A stretch of DNA of 64,000 bases from the human T2T-CHM13v2.0 reference genome, Homo sapiens, in the NCBI RefSeq assembly GCF_009914755.1, contig NC_060937.1; one strand, written 5' to 3'. Position numbers and translations under genes: made by a program. Positions 1 to 27,300 of this stretch are shown here, in pieces. Each line of letters opens with the position of its first letter. The stretch's first letter is position 1. The notes beneath the pieces were generated by a model, which saw only the letters and a program-made list of their open reading frames with translations, was not told the DNA's origin and ran no database searches.

Positions 1-432
1 GGGAGGGGGGAGGGGAGAGGAGGGGAGGGGGGAGGAGAGAGGAGGGGAGATGAGGGGAGGGGAGGGGGAGAAGGGGAGGGGAGCGGAGCCGAGGGGAGGG
101 GAGGGGAGACGAGGGGAGGGGAGGGGGAGGAGGGGAGGGGAGGGCAGACGAGGGGAGGGGAGGGGGAGGAGGGGAGGGGAGGGCAGACGAGGGGAGGGGA
201 TGGGGAGGAGGGGAGGGGGAGGAGGGGAGGGGGAGGAGGGGAGGGGAGGGCAGACGAGGGGAGGGGACGGGGAGGAGGGGAGGGGAGGGCAGATGAGGGG
301 AGGGGATGGGGAGGAGGGGAGGGGGAGGAGGGGAGGGGGAGGAGGGGAGGGGAGGGGGAGGAGGGGAGGGGAGGGGGAGGAGGGGAGGGGAGGGGGAGGG
401 AAAGGAGGGAAAGGGAGGCAAGGAGAGGAGAG
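1..432. repeat. Polypurine (GGGGA/GGGA)n low-complexity tract, truncated by window start
   Basis: Plus strand almost exclusively G/A with recurring GGGGAGGGGAGG and GGCAGACGAGGGGAGGG units; the Gly/Arg/Glu-rich 50..550 ORF is a by-product. Confidence 0.95.
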
Positions 433-1260
433 GGAAGGAAGCTGGAAACTTGTCATTGGAGAAATGATTGCATTTGTACATTTTCTTGTGAAACAACCAC
501 CAAGGGCTTTATGCACCCAGAAAATGAAGATTCCCCCCAAAGGTAGATGAAGCTATATCACCTTTAGTTACTGACATATGTGCAAAAAAACTGCCCATTA
601 CATACCAAACAGTGCAATAGGAGCAAGGAGAAACTGCCAGATCTCTGGTGCAGATGAAAGAAATTTCAAGGCAAGGAGAGGCTAGTGTGGCCAATTCATA
701 CATTACATAGGGCTATGGTTTCAGGCAACATGCCAAAGTTTAATTAGCAGCACTTGTCTTTCTTAGAAGTAAAGAAATAATGTATGCCTTTAAGGAAAGG
801 CATCTTATATTTGATTAAATATATTCCTCCATTTTGCAGGTTAAAAAATTGAAGATTAAAGAAATGAATTTGCCCATTTCACAATGTCAGTAAGTTATAG
901 AACCAAGAGTCAAATCCCAGCCAGTCTGATTCTAGATCTCACAGTCATAATTGCAAAACTGCCCCTCACTGCACTTAGCATGGTGCCTGGTAAAATAAAT
1001 ATTTGTCAATGCAAACTAAACTGTCTAAAGAAGATGTATTCCTGGTGAGAAATAATCAAATACATGGAGAACTTTTCTAAACACGGAAACATCATTCTGG
1101 TAGGAGAAGAACTCAGCGCACAGTTGCTTCCGAAGCTCTGAGCCCAGGAATAAACTGGAAAGCCAGAGGACTGCATTTTCACCTATAGTCTCTAGTCCAG
1201 ACCCCTGCAGACACCAGGGATGGGGGCCAAGGGTCATACTCTTGGGCCTCTGGCTTGGAA

Positions 1261-1862
<602 letters not shown>

Positions 1863-2172
1863 AGCTTGGAATTTGTAAGAGCTGGCCCCCAAGAGGCTAA
1901 CTTCAGCCCATCAACTGAATTATCTCTGATTTTGAAACTTAAATATTTTATTATGTTAACTATTTTTTCTGATTCCTAAAGTAACTTATGCAAAAAAAAA
2001 TATGGAAAATACATAAGAAAATGTAATCACTGTTCATGTCCTGGCATATACACTTATTTTTTCGTAATCTGTGATTGTGGGTTTTTTTTTTCTTTTTTTT
2101 CTTTTTTTGTTGGAGACAGGGTTTTTTCGTTTTTTTATTTTTCTTTTTTCTTTCTTTCTTTTTTTTTTTTGA

Positions 2173-2491
<319 letters not shown>

Positions 2492-2763
2492 TAAACTCGT
2501 GTATGTCTCTTCTACTTTAATCCTTCTAATGAGTTGCCAAAGCACACATACACAATAGTTCTGTAGTTTTATGTGTTTTTGAATAGCTGTTTCAAGACAA
2601 TCCTAATTATAATTTGCTCTCTCCAGGCCAGGCGCTGGGGAGATTGAGTAGGGAGATCGGTGGGAGTGAGAGTGCGCCACTGCACTCCAGTCTGGGTGAC
2701 AGGCGAGATTTTGACCATCTAAAAAAAAAGCACCTGACCTTATAGATCATCTATAAAATGTGA

Positions 2764-3136
<373 letters not shown>

Positions 3137-3941
3137 AAAAAGCCTGCATTTTAGATACAGGGAATTCTGATTAGATTAGCATAGTCAGGACCAAAAATAT
3201 AAAGTAGACATTGCTATCTTATCTTCAACCCTTGCCCTTAATACGCCAATGAACACAAATTAAACCACAGGTGAGTGTTACTTGGTTCTGAGACAGTGAA
3301 GATATTTCCCCAGTATTTAAATATAGTCATATAACCAGTTGTATAAATGTAAATATAAAACTGACCTCCAATATGTTTTGAGACAACATTTGCCATCTCT
3401 GTGAGAAGTTGGACATTACTAGTGAAGTCCAATCATATCTTTAGAAGGGGAAAATGGTAATAGTACTTTGAATTACTATCAAAATTCAAAAAAGCTGATC
3501 ATATTCATTTAGCTATAAGCCAGTCTTATTTAAATCAGGACTGTTCAACCAAAATATCCTGTCATTCATGATCTGAATTCTGGTGTATGAGATCAAATTA
3601 TGGTAACACATTTGAAAAGTCATGAGACATTTCTGTTTTGTAATAAACAAGGCAGTGGCCAATTATTATCCATTAGCAGCTTTTTTGAGATAAGCTATCA
3701 AGTCTGCCCTTTCTGACCTCTCAATGTCAGCAAAGATGATTTCTGTTCCAGGGATGTACTTCTTGGGATTCTCCTAAGACCCCATCGGTGTCTCCTCTCC
3801 CCAGGTGATGCCTTTGTTCTTACTGGCCTCTGTGTGAGAGGATCCAGCTGCCTGACTTGTCTTCTGCCCAAAGAGACCATGGGGATTTGGCCCAGTTATG
3901 TGCTTGCCTCCATTTTCCATGGTGTGGCAAGGGGTGCACCG

Positions 3942-4230
3942 TTTTTTGTTTGTTTGTTTTTTTTTTTTTTTTGAGATGGAGTCTCTCTTGTCGCGCAGGC
4001 TAGAGTGCAATGTGTGATCTCGGTTCACTGCAACCTCCGCCTCCCAGGTTCAAGCAATTCTCCTGCCTCAGCCTCCTGAGTAGCTAGGATTATAGGCACA
4101 TGTCACCACACCCAGCTAATTTTTGTATTTTTAGTAAAGACAGGGTTTTACCATGTTGGCCAGGCTGATCTCGAACTCCTGACCTCAGGTGATCCGTTTG
4201 CCTCGGCCTCCCAAAGTGCTGGGATTACAA
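3942..4230 (-). mobile_element. 5'-truncated Alu inserted in the CYCS pseudogene coding region
   Basis: Begins at TGTAATCCCAGC, lacking the GGCCGGGC head; A/AAAC tail; sits between the KK and CxxCH codons. Confidence 0.88.
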
Positions 4231-4449
4231 AGTCTTCTTACTGTTCTCCACACCACCCCTATTTAATACTCTTTTTTGTTGCTCCCATTACAAAGGTTCC
4301 TGCTTAGAAGCCAGATGTCCCTCTCACTTCGTGTCCACATTTTCAAGTTTTAGATCAGGTTTCTTTGTAACCTTTTCTTCAGATGTAGTATATTTTCTAA
4401 ATCCCTTCTCATAGATTAAACATCTAAAGTAGAGGATTCCATTGTATAA

Positions 4450-7792
<3,343 letters not shown>

Positions 7793-7849
7793 ACCCCTTA
7801 CCTTTTATACAGAATTTTGCATACTATACACTCTTCTACACTTTCCTTT

Positions 7850-11384
<3,535 letters not shown>

Positions 11385-11792
11385 TAGATTGTTTCATCAC
11401 CCAGGCCCTAAGTCTAGTATCCAATAGTTATTTTTTCTGATCGTCTCCCTCCTCTCACCCTCCACCCTCAAGGAGGACCCAGTGTGTGTTGTTCCCTTCT
11501 TTTTTCTATGTGTTCTCACCATTTAGCTCTCACTTACAAGTGAGAACATGCGGTGTTCCTGTTAAAGATAATCTATCAATCATTTCTTAATGAATGATAA
11601 TGTATCATTAAGAAATGATTGATGCATTATCCTTACATTTTTTATTTTGAGTAATGATAAAAATTGCTTTCCCACTGAAAGTTATTTTATAACTTTCCTT
11701 CCTATGTTTTTTGGAAAAATGATGGGCCGGGCACGGTGGCTCATGCTTGTAATCCCAGCTGAGGCATTTGGGAGGCTGAGGCAGGCAGATCA

Positions 11793-12032
<240 letters not shown>

Positions 12033-12223
12033 TTAGGGCAGCTACATTTGTGAGGCCTGGATGAGTGAGAAGGAGAGACTTAGCCATGTATTATGGTAGT
12101 TTATGTATTTCTTTTCATAGTGTCTGAGAAATGCTATATGAGAACTTGAGTTATTTTGAAATTAATTTTTTAATTATTGAACTCCATTCTTTAATCGCAC
12201 TCCACTCACACTGGATGATGTGA

Positions 12224-12613
<390 letters not shown>

Positions 12614-12659
12614 TGAGGCTTAAAGTTCAAGTGTCCTGCAAATTTTAAGTACGATTTCA

Positions 12660-15290
<2,631 letters not shown>

Positions 15291-15358
15291 CCCTTCTACT
15301 TTAAAGATCAGATAATTTCAATGCTCTTAATTCCAGACCATAGAAAAAAAGAAAACTA

Positions 15359-16813
<1,455 letters not shown>

Positions 16814-16816
16814 TAA

Positions 16817-17162
<346 letters not shown>

Positions 17163-17169
17163 AGGCTTG

Positions 17170-18090
17170 GCATATTTTTGAGGAGAGCTCTTTAGCTACT
17201 TCTTCTATTTCTTCAATGGTAGTTAGCCTGTTTCAACAGGTTAATTTTTATAAGTAGTGTTTTTCTTAAAAATTATGTATTTTACCTAAGTTTTCAAATT
17301 TATTTACAAGGAATTGTATATGGTAATGCCCAATTTTTTATTTCCTCTGTGTTATGGTTATTTCTAATTTTGTATATTTATCCTAGTGGTTTAACTGTTT
17401 AGTTTACATTTTCAGAAACCAACTTTTAGATTTATTAGTTCTGTTTATTGGAAAATAAACATTAATTTCCGTTTTTATATTTATTGTGGTTTTTTTTCCC
17501 TTCTGTTTTGTTTTGGCTTATTTTGTTTTTTCTTTAGCTTTCTAGAAAGGAGGTTTAATCAATTAATTTCCATATCCCCTAGGTACTTAATGGTACTTAT
17601 ATATACTTAATGCAATAAATGTTCCCCTAATCACTGCTTTAGTAGTATGACACAGATTCTGATACATCATATTTTCATTACCTATATTTTCAAGAAGTTT
17701 CCATTTCAATTTCATTTTGACCCAAGAATTATCTAATAGTATACTTTGAAATTTTCAGGTGGAAGAATATTTTGCTTTCATTATTTCTAGTTATATTGCT
17801 CTGTGGTCAGAGACCACTGTGTACTTTCTTTCTATTTCTTGACATTTCTTGAGATATTATCCTTGTGCCCTAAAATGTGGTTATTCATGCATATGCACTT
17901 GAAAAAGTATATTCTCCAACGTTAGGATTTGGAGTAAGTTCTGTTCAGCCTACGTATTAAATAGGTTTTTAGTTTTGTATTCCTTCTTCCTTTTGTCTGC
18001 TTGATCAGGCTTCTACTAAGAGTGCTCAGGTCCACCCTTATCGGTGTGTTTGTTGGTTTCTCACACATGTCCTAAAAGTTCTGCTTTATG
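17170..18090 (-). mobile_element. Old L1 ORF2 fragment
   Basis: T-rich with L1 motifs (CTGTGGTCAGAGA, CACTTGAAAAAGTATATTCT, CACTGCTTTAG). Confidence 0.6.
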
Positions 18091-19607
18091 AAAGTTTTAA
18101 CTTTTAATTTTTTTAAGTTTTAAGTTTTTTTTTTAACTTTTAACTTTTAAAACATATTAATTTTTCTGAATCTTTTTTGAGATGTGTCTCTTGTATATAG
18201 CAGAGTGGTAGAGTTCGCTCTTTTAAACAAGTTTGAAAATCTATTGTTTCTTGGCAACCAGTGGCAGCCGACAAGTCTGATGACACTGTGATGCCCTTTT
18301 TAAAAAAGCGACTTGATTTTTTTTTTTTTTTGCTTCAATATCCCCTTTTTTTTTGGCTGCATGCAGTGGCTCATGCCTGTAATCCTAGCACTTTGGGAGG
18401 CCGAGGTGGCAGATCACCTGAGGTCAGGAGTTCGAGACCAGCCTGGCCAATATGGTGAAATCCCATCTCTAATAAAAATACAAAGATTAGCCGGGTGTGG
18501 TGGTGCATGCCTGTAATCCTAGCTACTTGGGAGGTTGAGAAACGAGACTCACTTGAACTCTAGGGGGTGGAGGTTGCAGTGAGCTGAGATCACACCACTG
18601 CACTCAAGCCTGGAGGACAGAGCAAGACCCTGTCTTAAAAAAAAAAAAATCCCTTTTCTTCCTCTATTGTCCAATTGTTTTGCTAAAATATGACTTGGTG
18701 CTGGCTGTTCTGGGTCAGTTTCCCTAGGTATGACAGGTAGCGTGATCTTTTAGTAGGACGTTCCGGTTGTCTTTCTTTCAGGAGGTTTTTCTTTCTTAGA
18801 TCACTAACTGTGCATCTTAGGCTAATTACTTAATCAGAAATGGAAGCCTCCATTTCTGTCTGAAAAAGGGAATAATGAGAGACCCTCTTTCACAAGAATG
18901 TTGTGAAAATTAAACATCATCATATGCGCAAAACCCTTGACTCTGTGTCTTGCAAATAGTAAGTGAATATTAAATATTAGCCAGTATGACAGAGAACCTT
19001 AATACCAAAAAAGATTCTTTCAGAACACCATTGATCTTCTTAGCATTAGAAGAATCAATTACACTTAAATCCACTGCCTTGTAGTAATACCCTTTCCTTG
19101 GATAATCACCAGTATAACACATACTAAAAATTTTGCTTTTTCAATTTTTCCTTTATAGTTTAAGGCATTTCACCTACATTACATTCATTGGTTTTACATA
19201 AGAATTGACAAGTAGGCAGTAGTTTTTAAATAAGCATTTAAAATGTCCGAATATAAAATTAATAGATGTTCATTGCAGAAACTTTGGAAACTGGAAAATA
19301 ATATTTTTAAAGAAAAAACTTACCTTAACACCCAAAAAATACACTCACAAAATGGTAGGTTTACCCTCAAATTTTCTTCCTGTGCATTTAAAAATCAAAG
19401 TTGTGATTCTCTTTTACATACAATCTTTTGTCCTGGTTCTTAAACCCAATATAATGCAAATAATAACTTGTTAGCTTGAGCCACCAATCTCAGCACAGTG
19501 TCTTATCCAACAAAAACATACGTGACCTTAAAAAGCCAGGAGAAGTCTGGGTGCGGTGGCTCATGCCTGTAATCCCAACATTTTGGGAGGCCAAGGCGGG
19601 GGGATCA

Positions 19608-19943
<336 letters not shown>

Positions 19944-20099
19944 TTAGAGCAATGTAAAATGGATTTGGGGATGTTTTGCTGTGTTTTCGTGGTTAACACC
20001 CCCTTCAGAGTCCCCAGAGATGGTTACGGGACAATGACCCGTGTCTTGCTTGCCTTGCCTTAGCCCTCTGTTCTAGTTGTCCCTGACATCCATTCTCCC

Positions 20100-20509
20100 T
20101 TTATTTGCTATAACTGGGATTCTGGGTTTGGCATATGGTAGCTCTACTGACTATATTTCCAAGACCCTTTTGCATGAATGCATCATCGTGACCAAATTCT
20201 AGCCAACAGGGTGTGCCTAGAACTGACGCGTGTAACTTCCAGGCTGTGGTCCTGCAGGGAAGGGGTGTTCTTTTTTCTTCCCCTTTTCTCCTCCTTTAGA
20301 ATGTGGGGGCTGGAGCAGTCATCTTGCGCTATGAGATGGAGGCTGTGCTGAGAATGGTAAGGCCACAGAAGGAAAAGAAACTGGGTCTCTGATGATGTTA
20401 GGATTCCCAGACAACCTGCCTGGATGTCTCTGCAAGAAAATTAAACTTCCACCTTGTTAAATAGAAGTTTCCCTGTCAGAGCAACCAAACCTACATTCTA
20501 ACTAATACA
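20100..20509 (+). mobile_element. Old MaLR/ERVL-type LTR (MLT1-like)
   Basis: GTGACCAAATTCTAGCCAA, GGAGCAGTCATCTTG, ATTAAACTTCC and a typical CTAACTAATACA end. Confidence 0.55.
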
Positions 20510-20806
20510 CCTTCACATGTGAGTTTACACTCAGTTCTCACTGGCTTTGCACTTGCTCAGGTCTTTGATCCCCTGGTCTGGTATCTTTGCGAATGCCTCA
20601 TCACACAGGTGGGTGATCCATTCCTGCCACCACCCTTCCCCGCCCAGGCCTGGGCATGGAGACCCTTCCCTTCTATCTTAGTGCCCCTCTAGCTCCATCA
20701 GGCAGAAGAGCCCATGAAGCATCTTGTTGAAAGTAATTAAGGCCAGGCGTGGTGGCTCACGCCTGTAATCCTGGCACTTTAGGAGGCCAGGTGGCCCAGG
20801 AGTTCA

Positions 20807-21052
<246 letters not shown>

Positions 21053-21894
21053 TTAATAAACCTTAAAGAAACAATGTTTTGATAGCTGAAAATATTCCAT
21101 TCTAGAATTTTTAAATCAAACCCTATTATTGGTTATTTAGGTTTGTTTCCAAATATTTGCCATTACAAAAAAAATAACGAGGCATAATGGGAGGAAAATT
21201 GGCTGAGAGAGGCAGATGGGAGTTTGACCTCTGCTCCGACCACTCACCATCTGGGTGATTTGGGACAAGGCATTTTTCCTCCCTGGCCTTCAGTTTTCTC
21301 CTTTGTAAAATAAACACTATAATACTCATCTCTCTGATTTGTTATGGAGATTAGAGACCATTACATAACTCAACTAGCACAGTAGCAATCATATAGGAGG
21401 CTCAATACATGGTAATTACCAGCAGAGGAGTAGTTACGTGCTTTTGTACATAATACTATTTCTAGGTACCAGAGTTTTTTATTGATAAAACTCCTGAAGC
21501 AGGAGATTACTGGTTCAAACAATATAACTTGTTCAGATTCTTAATACACACTTGATAGGAATTATTTCTGACATTTTTTCAGATGAAGAAACCAAGGATC
21601 GGAGAAGTTAAGCCATTCATCTTGGGTTTTAGGGCTCATTAATAGTAGAGATCAGATTTAACCCATATTTTCTAACTTTTAATCTAGGGCAGTTTCTACT
21701 GTATGTCACACACCCAGAACCAGAACCCTTACAGTACAGGAAACTGAATTAAAACCCTTTGTGAAAATCAGATAGGCGTGATGGCTCACATCTGTAATCC
21801 CAGTATTTTGGGGGGCTGAAATGGAAAGATCGCTTGAGGCTAGGAGTTTGAGACCAGCCTGGGCAACATCTTGTCTCTACAAATAATAATTAAA

Positions 21895-21895
<1 letters not shown>

Positions 21896-21942
<47 letters not shown>
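21896..21942. repeat. (TG)n microsatellite in the linker of an old Alu
   Basis: Pure TG run between the left and right arms of the Alu at about 21770-22090. Confidence 0.95.
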
Positions 21943-21944
<2 letters not shown>

Positions 21945-22130
21945 TAGCTGGGTACAATAGCTCACACCTATAGTCCTAGCTACTGAGGCAAGAGGATCAC
22001 TTGAGGTTGCAGTGAGCTATAATCTGTCTTCCACTTCAGCTTGGGCAAGAAAGTGAGACCTTGTCTCTCATAAACAAACAAACAATAAAAAACATTTTGT
22101 GAAAATCAACTGTGTTTGTATCAGCTTCTT

Positions 22131-22240
22131 TCTAATACTGTTGTTACATTCTGACCTCTGCTTCCTTCAGTGAACTTTATGGGTGTCTAATACCGTTGCT
22201 ACATTCTGATCTCTGCTTCCTTCAGTGAACTTTATGGGTG
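22131..22240. repeat. 55-bp tandem duplication (2 copies)
   Basis: TCTAATAC(T/C)GTTG(T/C)TACATTCTGA(C/T)CTCTGCTTCCTTCAGTGAACTTTATGGGTG at 22131 and 22186. Confidence 0.95.
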
Positions 22241-22507
22241 TTCAGTAAGGAAGGGTGTGGAGAGAAGCCACCAGCTTCAGGGAGTCAGGAGGGCTGGGAT
22301 TTCTTCCCAGTCTTGTTATCTACTATTCATATTCTCTTGGCAGAAAAGTCAACTTATCTGGGCCACAGGTAACTTATCTGTAAAGTGAGAGAACTCTGGG
22401 TGATACCTAAGGTCACTTCTTGTTTAAAGTTCAATCATTGAGCAGAGTGAGGTAGACAATTCTGAGGAATCCAGACTGAAACTGACTTCCTCCATGCCCT
22501 ATAGTAA

Positions 22508-22753
<246 letters not shown>

Positions 22754-23058
22754 TAGAGACAAGGTCTCAGTATGTGGCCCAGGTTGGTCTTGAACCCTGG
22801 AGCTCAAGCAATCCTCCTGCCTCAGCCTCCCAAAGTGCTGGGATTATAGGTGTGAGTCACCGTGCCTGGCTCAAGATATCTTTCTACATCAGAAGGACTC
22901 CTCATGTATGCATCATCCCATAAATGTTCAGGAGAAGTTGTGTTGAAAATTGAAGATGGGTCTACTCAAGAGTTTTATGTGTAAGAAAAGCATGTATTCG
23001 TATGGTAAAGGGCTGGAGGGAAATGAAGAAAGGAGAACCACTTGATTTGGAGAGATAA

Positions 23059-23256
<198 letters not shown>

Positions 23257-23401
23257 TAGAGACAGGGTCTTGCTGTGTTTCCCAGGCTGGTCTCAAACTC
23301 CTGGCCTCAAGCAGTCCTTCCATCTCAGACCCCTAAAGGGCTGTAATCACCACGTGTGAGCCATCATACCTAGCCCAGTTTGTTTTTTAAATTTTCCTTA
23401 A

Positions 23402-23575
<174 letters not shown>

Positions 23576-24136
23576 TGAGTAGCTGGGATTACAGGTGAGC
23601 ATCACCATGCCCAGCTAATTTTTGTATTTTTAGTAGAGACAGGGTTTCACCATGTTGGCCAGGCTGGTCTTGAACTCCTGACCTCGTGATCTGCCTGCCT
23701 CGGCCTCCCAAAGTGCTGGGATTATAGGCATGAGCCACCGCGCCTAGCCAACAATCACACTTCTTAAGATGCTGGTGGTGAATTTGGACTTTGAGAACTT
23801 TGCTTTGAGGACTTTAAAAGAGGAGTCTTCTGTTTGACTTGGCATGGGTAAACATAATAGATGCAAGTAGCCTCGTGGTAGGGGACAGGAGGGTATCTCT
23901 GAAATTGTCCAGAATCTACAAATGGGCAGATTTGTGCACATAGCATATTTAATTATTTGTTGCACAAACAAGTGTTTGAGATGCAGCGGCAGGGGATTGC
24001 CTAAGCCTCTGTTACAGCATTTACCTGCTGGCTCCAACGCTCCCCTCGCTCCAGTCTTACTTTCTGCACCCACTTGAAAGCAGAGGCCCTGTGTCCTCTT
24101 CTTATTGCTCTGAAAGTGGAGGGCAGCTTGGTATCC

Positions 24137-24333
24137 GTAGTTCTCATCCATGGGTGGTTTTGCCCCGCAGAAGGGATATTTATCAATGTCTGAAGACATT
24201 TTTCCTTGACATAAACGAAGCGTCTAGTGTCAAGGCCAGGGGTGCTACTAAACAGCCTCCAATGCACAGGGTAGCCCACATAGCCAAGAATTATGCAGCC
24301 CCAAGTGTCAATAGTGCCAAGGTTGAGAAACCA
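24137..24333. mobile_element. MER20-like hAT DNA transposon
   Basis: TAGTTCTCA...CAATGTCTGAAGACATTTTT...AATGCACAGG...CCCCAAGTGTCAATAGTGCCAAGGTTGAGAAACC matches the MER20 consensus as recalled. Confidence 0.75.
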
Positions 24334-27300
24334 TACTTCAGAGATAAGAGAAGCAAAGACAGGGTGGAGGCTTCTACCCTGGTCCCCTGGGGCAGGCCAT
24401 TGTTTGCAAAGGGCACAGAGAGTGAGCAGGGGCAGGGGCTGGTCCTGCAGCTCTGCCCCAGTGATGTCATCGAGCCCTGGAACTCGGTGCCCTTCCTGGA
24501 AGGGCTTCGCCTAGATGGAGACTGACCTGACAGGAATCGGCTCCACCTGTGGACGTACGGAGTTGGACTTTGTCCCAAAACTGTGCCTGTGACATACATT
24601 CCTACCTTCACAAGGCTCCTTCATGCCAATCGCCCTGTCTATAAAGCCTGTTTCTCACTGCAGCAAGCTTCCTGCAAAGCCAGTTTCTCAAGCTTGCCAT
24701 CCCGAGGGGTGTGGTGGCATAGCTCGGATGCTTCCGACCCTCCTCTTCCTTGATTACATGAATTCCAAGACATGCAAGGATGTTCTAGACAAGGAGGCCA
24801 AGCACTTGGTGAAGGGGAAACTGACAGCAGCAAGGACTGAGAAGAGAAGCTTTGAGAAATGATCATAAAATAGTCAGGTTCTGATGAGGAAGTGCAACTA
24901 GGATTGGCACGAACTCCATGCAAAGGATGATGATGGTGCAATGTTTTTGTGAGTTGAGTTCTGAGAGTTGGCTTGGAGCATTGAGAAGGGAAAGGTGAAG
25001 AGAAAGGAATTGGTCAGAAACACAGAAATCAGAAAGGAAAGGGGTTCACAAGCAGGATAAACAGTATCTGTCTCTCGATAGTGGAGAATGGGAACTTATT
25101 AGCTGACCATGGCTTGGTAAAAATATTTCTTCCAACAGCTGGCTTCTTCTATTTTAATTTCATATTCACAGCACAACTCCAATCCGAATGTATTTTTTTT
25201 TCCAAGGTTATTGACCTGCTAAAATGAAGATGTGACTGTTTTCACTGTAAATGTGTGAGTGAGCATGTTGGTTTTGTTGAGTCTTGCCCATGGGAAAGGA
25301 CTTGAATAAGTCTGAATGGTGGGATCTCTAACGCTGCGAATTCTGGAAACTGAGCTGGAGGCCTTTGGCAACCTCCATAGCAACAAGATGAAGACCCACA
25401 TTGCTTCTGGAAGAGTCTTTCAGAAACCAGGTATTAAAACTGGTTTTCAGCAGTCATGGGTCTCTGTGCACAGATTTGCATACCAGAGCGGTGCTCCTGA
25501 AATATATAGTCTTGTCCAACCCTTCATGGTCGACATCGCTGATGGAGAGAGGAGATAAGGTTTCAGAAACACCTGATTGTTTGTCTCTCCCTCTCCCCTA
25601 GAAGGATTTGGTCCCCCCCATTAGTCCAGCTGAGGACATAATCATATTAGTTAAGCAAGACAGTAGGGTACCTGGTTAGGAAAAAGGGAGGGCCTTTTAA
25701 GTCATAGGAATGGGTCAGGTAGATGGGCCCCAGCAGACCAGTAGACATAAAAGTTTTTTCCAGGGTAAAACAGATTACAAGAGATTCTCAAAAGCAGACT
25801 CTCTGGAGCGATTGTCAAGGCTCATGTGGTAAGCAGGGTGGGGCAGACCCCTGTGAAACAAAGGAGGCTGTGTCTCCTCAACTCCCGTGCCCTTGGCACC
25901 CGCCTCACTCAAGTCCCTTCCCTGGTGGTTTGGGCCTTCTTCTTCCAGCTGCTCCAACCACTGGCTTCTGGAATGTTTTCAATCTTCAGTCTCCCGCTCC
26001 AGACTTTGACTTTGCTCGGTGGACTGTACCTGCTCAGATCTTGGTCCGATTTTCCACCCTGGAGCCCCTACTTGGCTTAATCACACTCAGACTTGCCTGG
26101 AGAGCTTAAACAGATTCAATGTAAAGGTTCCAATGGAGGGAAATGACTATGCGTCCCCTTGATGCAATGTTGTATTTCTTCTGCCAGATCCCATACCCTT
26201 CATCTGAGATCAACAAAACCAGAGGAAGAGTTTGAGCTGGGTCAGCTAGGAAAATACCACCTGCACTGTGACATTATTAAGATGTATGGAAGCTCTGTAA
26301 AGGCCAAATTACAGTGTGGAGCCCATGTGGCAACAAGGAAAGATGCTTATGGTGAAATGGTTCAGTGAAATAGGACTAGAATGTATATGATGCCGAGATT
26401 ACAGCCCTGTACAAGAAGATTTCTCAAAGGCAATGCTCTCAGAAGTATCTAGGTCTCCAGTCATAGGGCTGCTGGATCAGAGCTTTTGGGGCTAGAGTCC
26501 AGGAATCTGAACTTTAAATGAGTTTTCCAGGTGGTTCTTCTGCACTCTATAGAATGAGGTCAGCTATGTAAAGAACTGTGTGCTCAAGGCATCATATTGC
26601 AGCAAAGAATTGTGGCCAGATTCAGTGGGACTACTGATGGATTTTTCTTAACCCACAATTTTCAAATTTTATCTGTACAAATAAAGTATTTTACTTTTAT
26701 AATAAAACAAAATACATGAAAATAAAAACAAAAATAAATAAAAAGTTAAAAACATATCAATAAAAAGGATAGATAAATTAGATGAAGAAGGGCCTGGAGA
26801 CAGGGACAAAGGTAGGCAGCCACTGATTGGCCCAGGTGAGAGAGGATGAAGACAGGACCTTTGCAGTGCAGGTGTAGACAGACAGGTCCTTTCGACCCAG
26901 ACTTAGGAAGGTTTGATGCCAGCTCTGGGTTGCTGGCTGTTAACTTGGGGTGAGACATTGAGCTGTAGGATGTTGTTGTGAAGTCCAAATGTAATAATTG
27001 ATGTTCTTGAGCACTTTCCATGGGCCAGTCCCTGTTCTGAGTGCTTCACATATCATGTGATCATCACAGAAGCTCTTTGGTGTAGATACTATCATTATCC
27101 CACTTTTTCAGATGAGAAAATTGAGAAACAGAGAGGGTAAGTAACTTGCCCAATGACACTCAGCTAGGAAGTGGCAGAGCTGGGAAGTAGGTATGGACGT
27201 ACACTGTGATGTGTACAGCTCCATAGAATGTTAGGGGGCAGCATTTTTCTGTCTCCTAAACGTGGCAGAGTAATCCCTTTAATTAGAAGGAAACCTTTAG

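Noticed and set aside
50-550. 166-aa Gly/Arg/Glu-rich ORF resembling an RGG protein
   Set aside because: Translation of a purine-only low-complexity tract that can hardly contain stops; no exon structure.
24623-25601. Short ORFs in repeat-poor sequence as possible exons or a pseudogene
   Set aside because: Not recognisable as any protein family; cannot be supported without a homology search.
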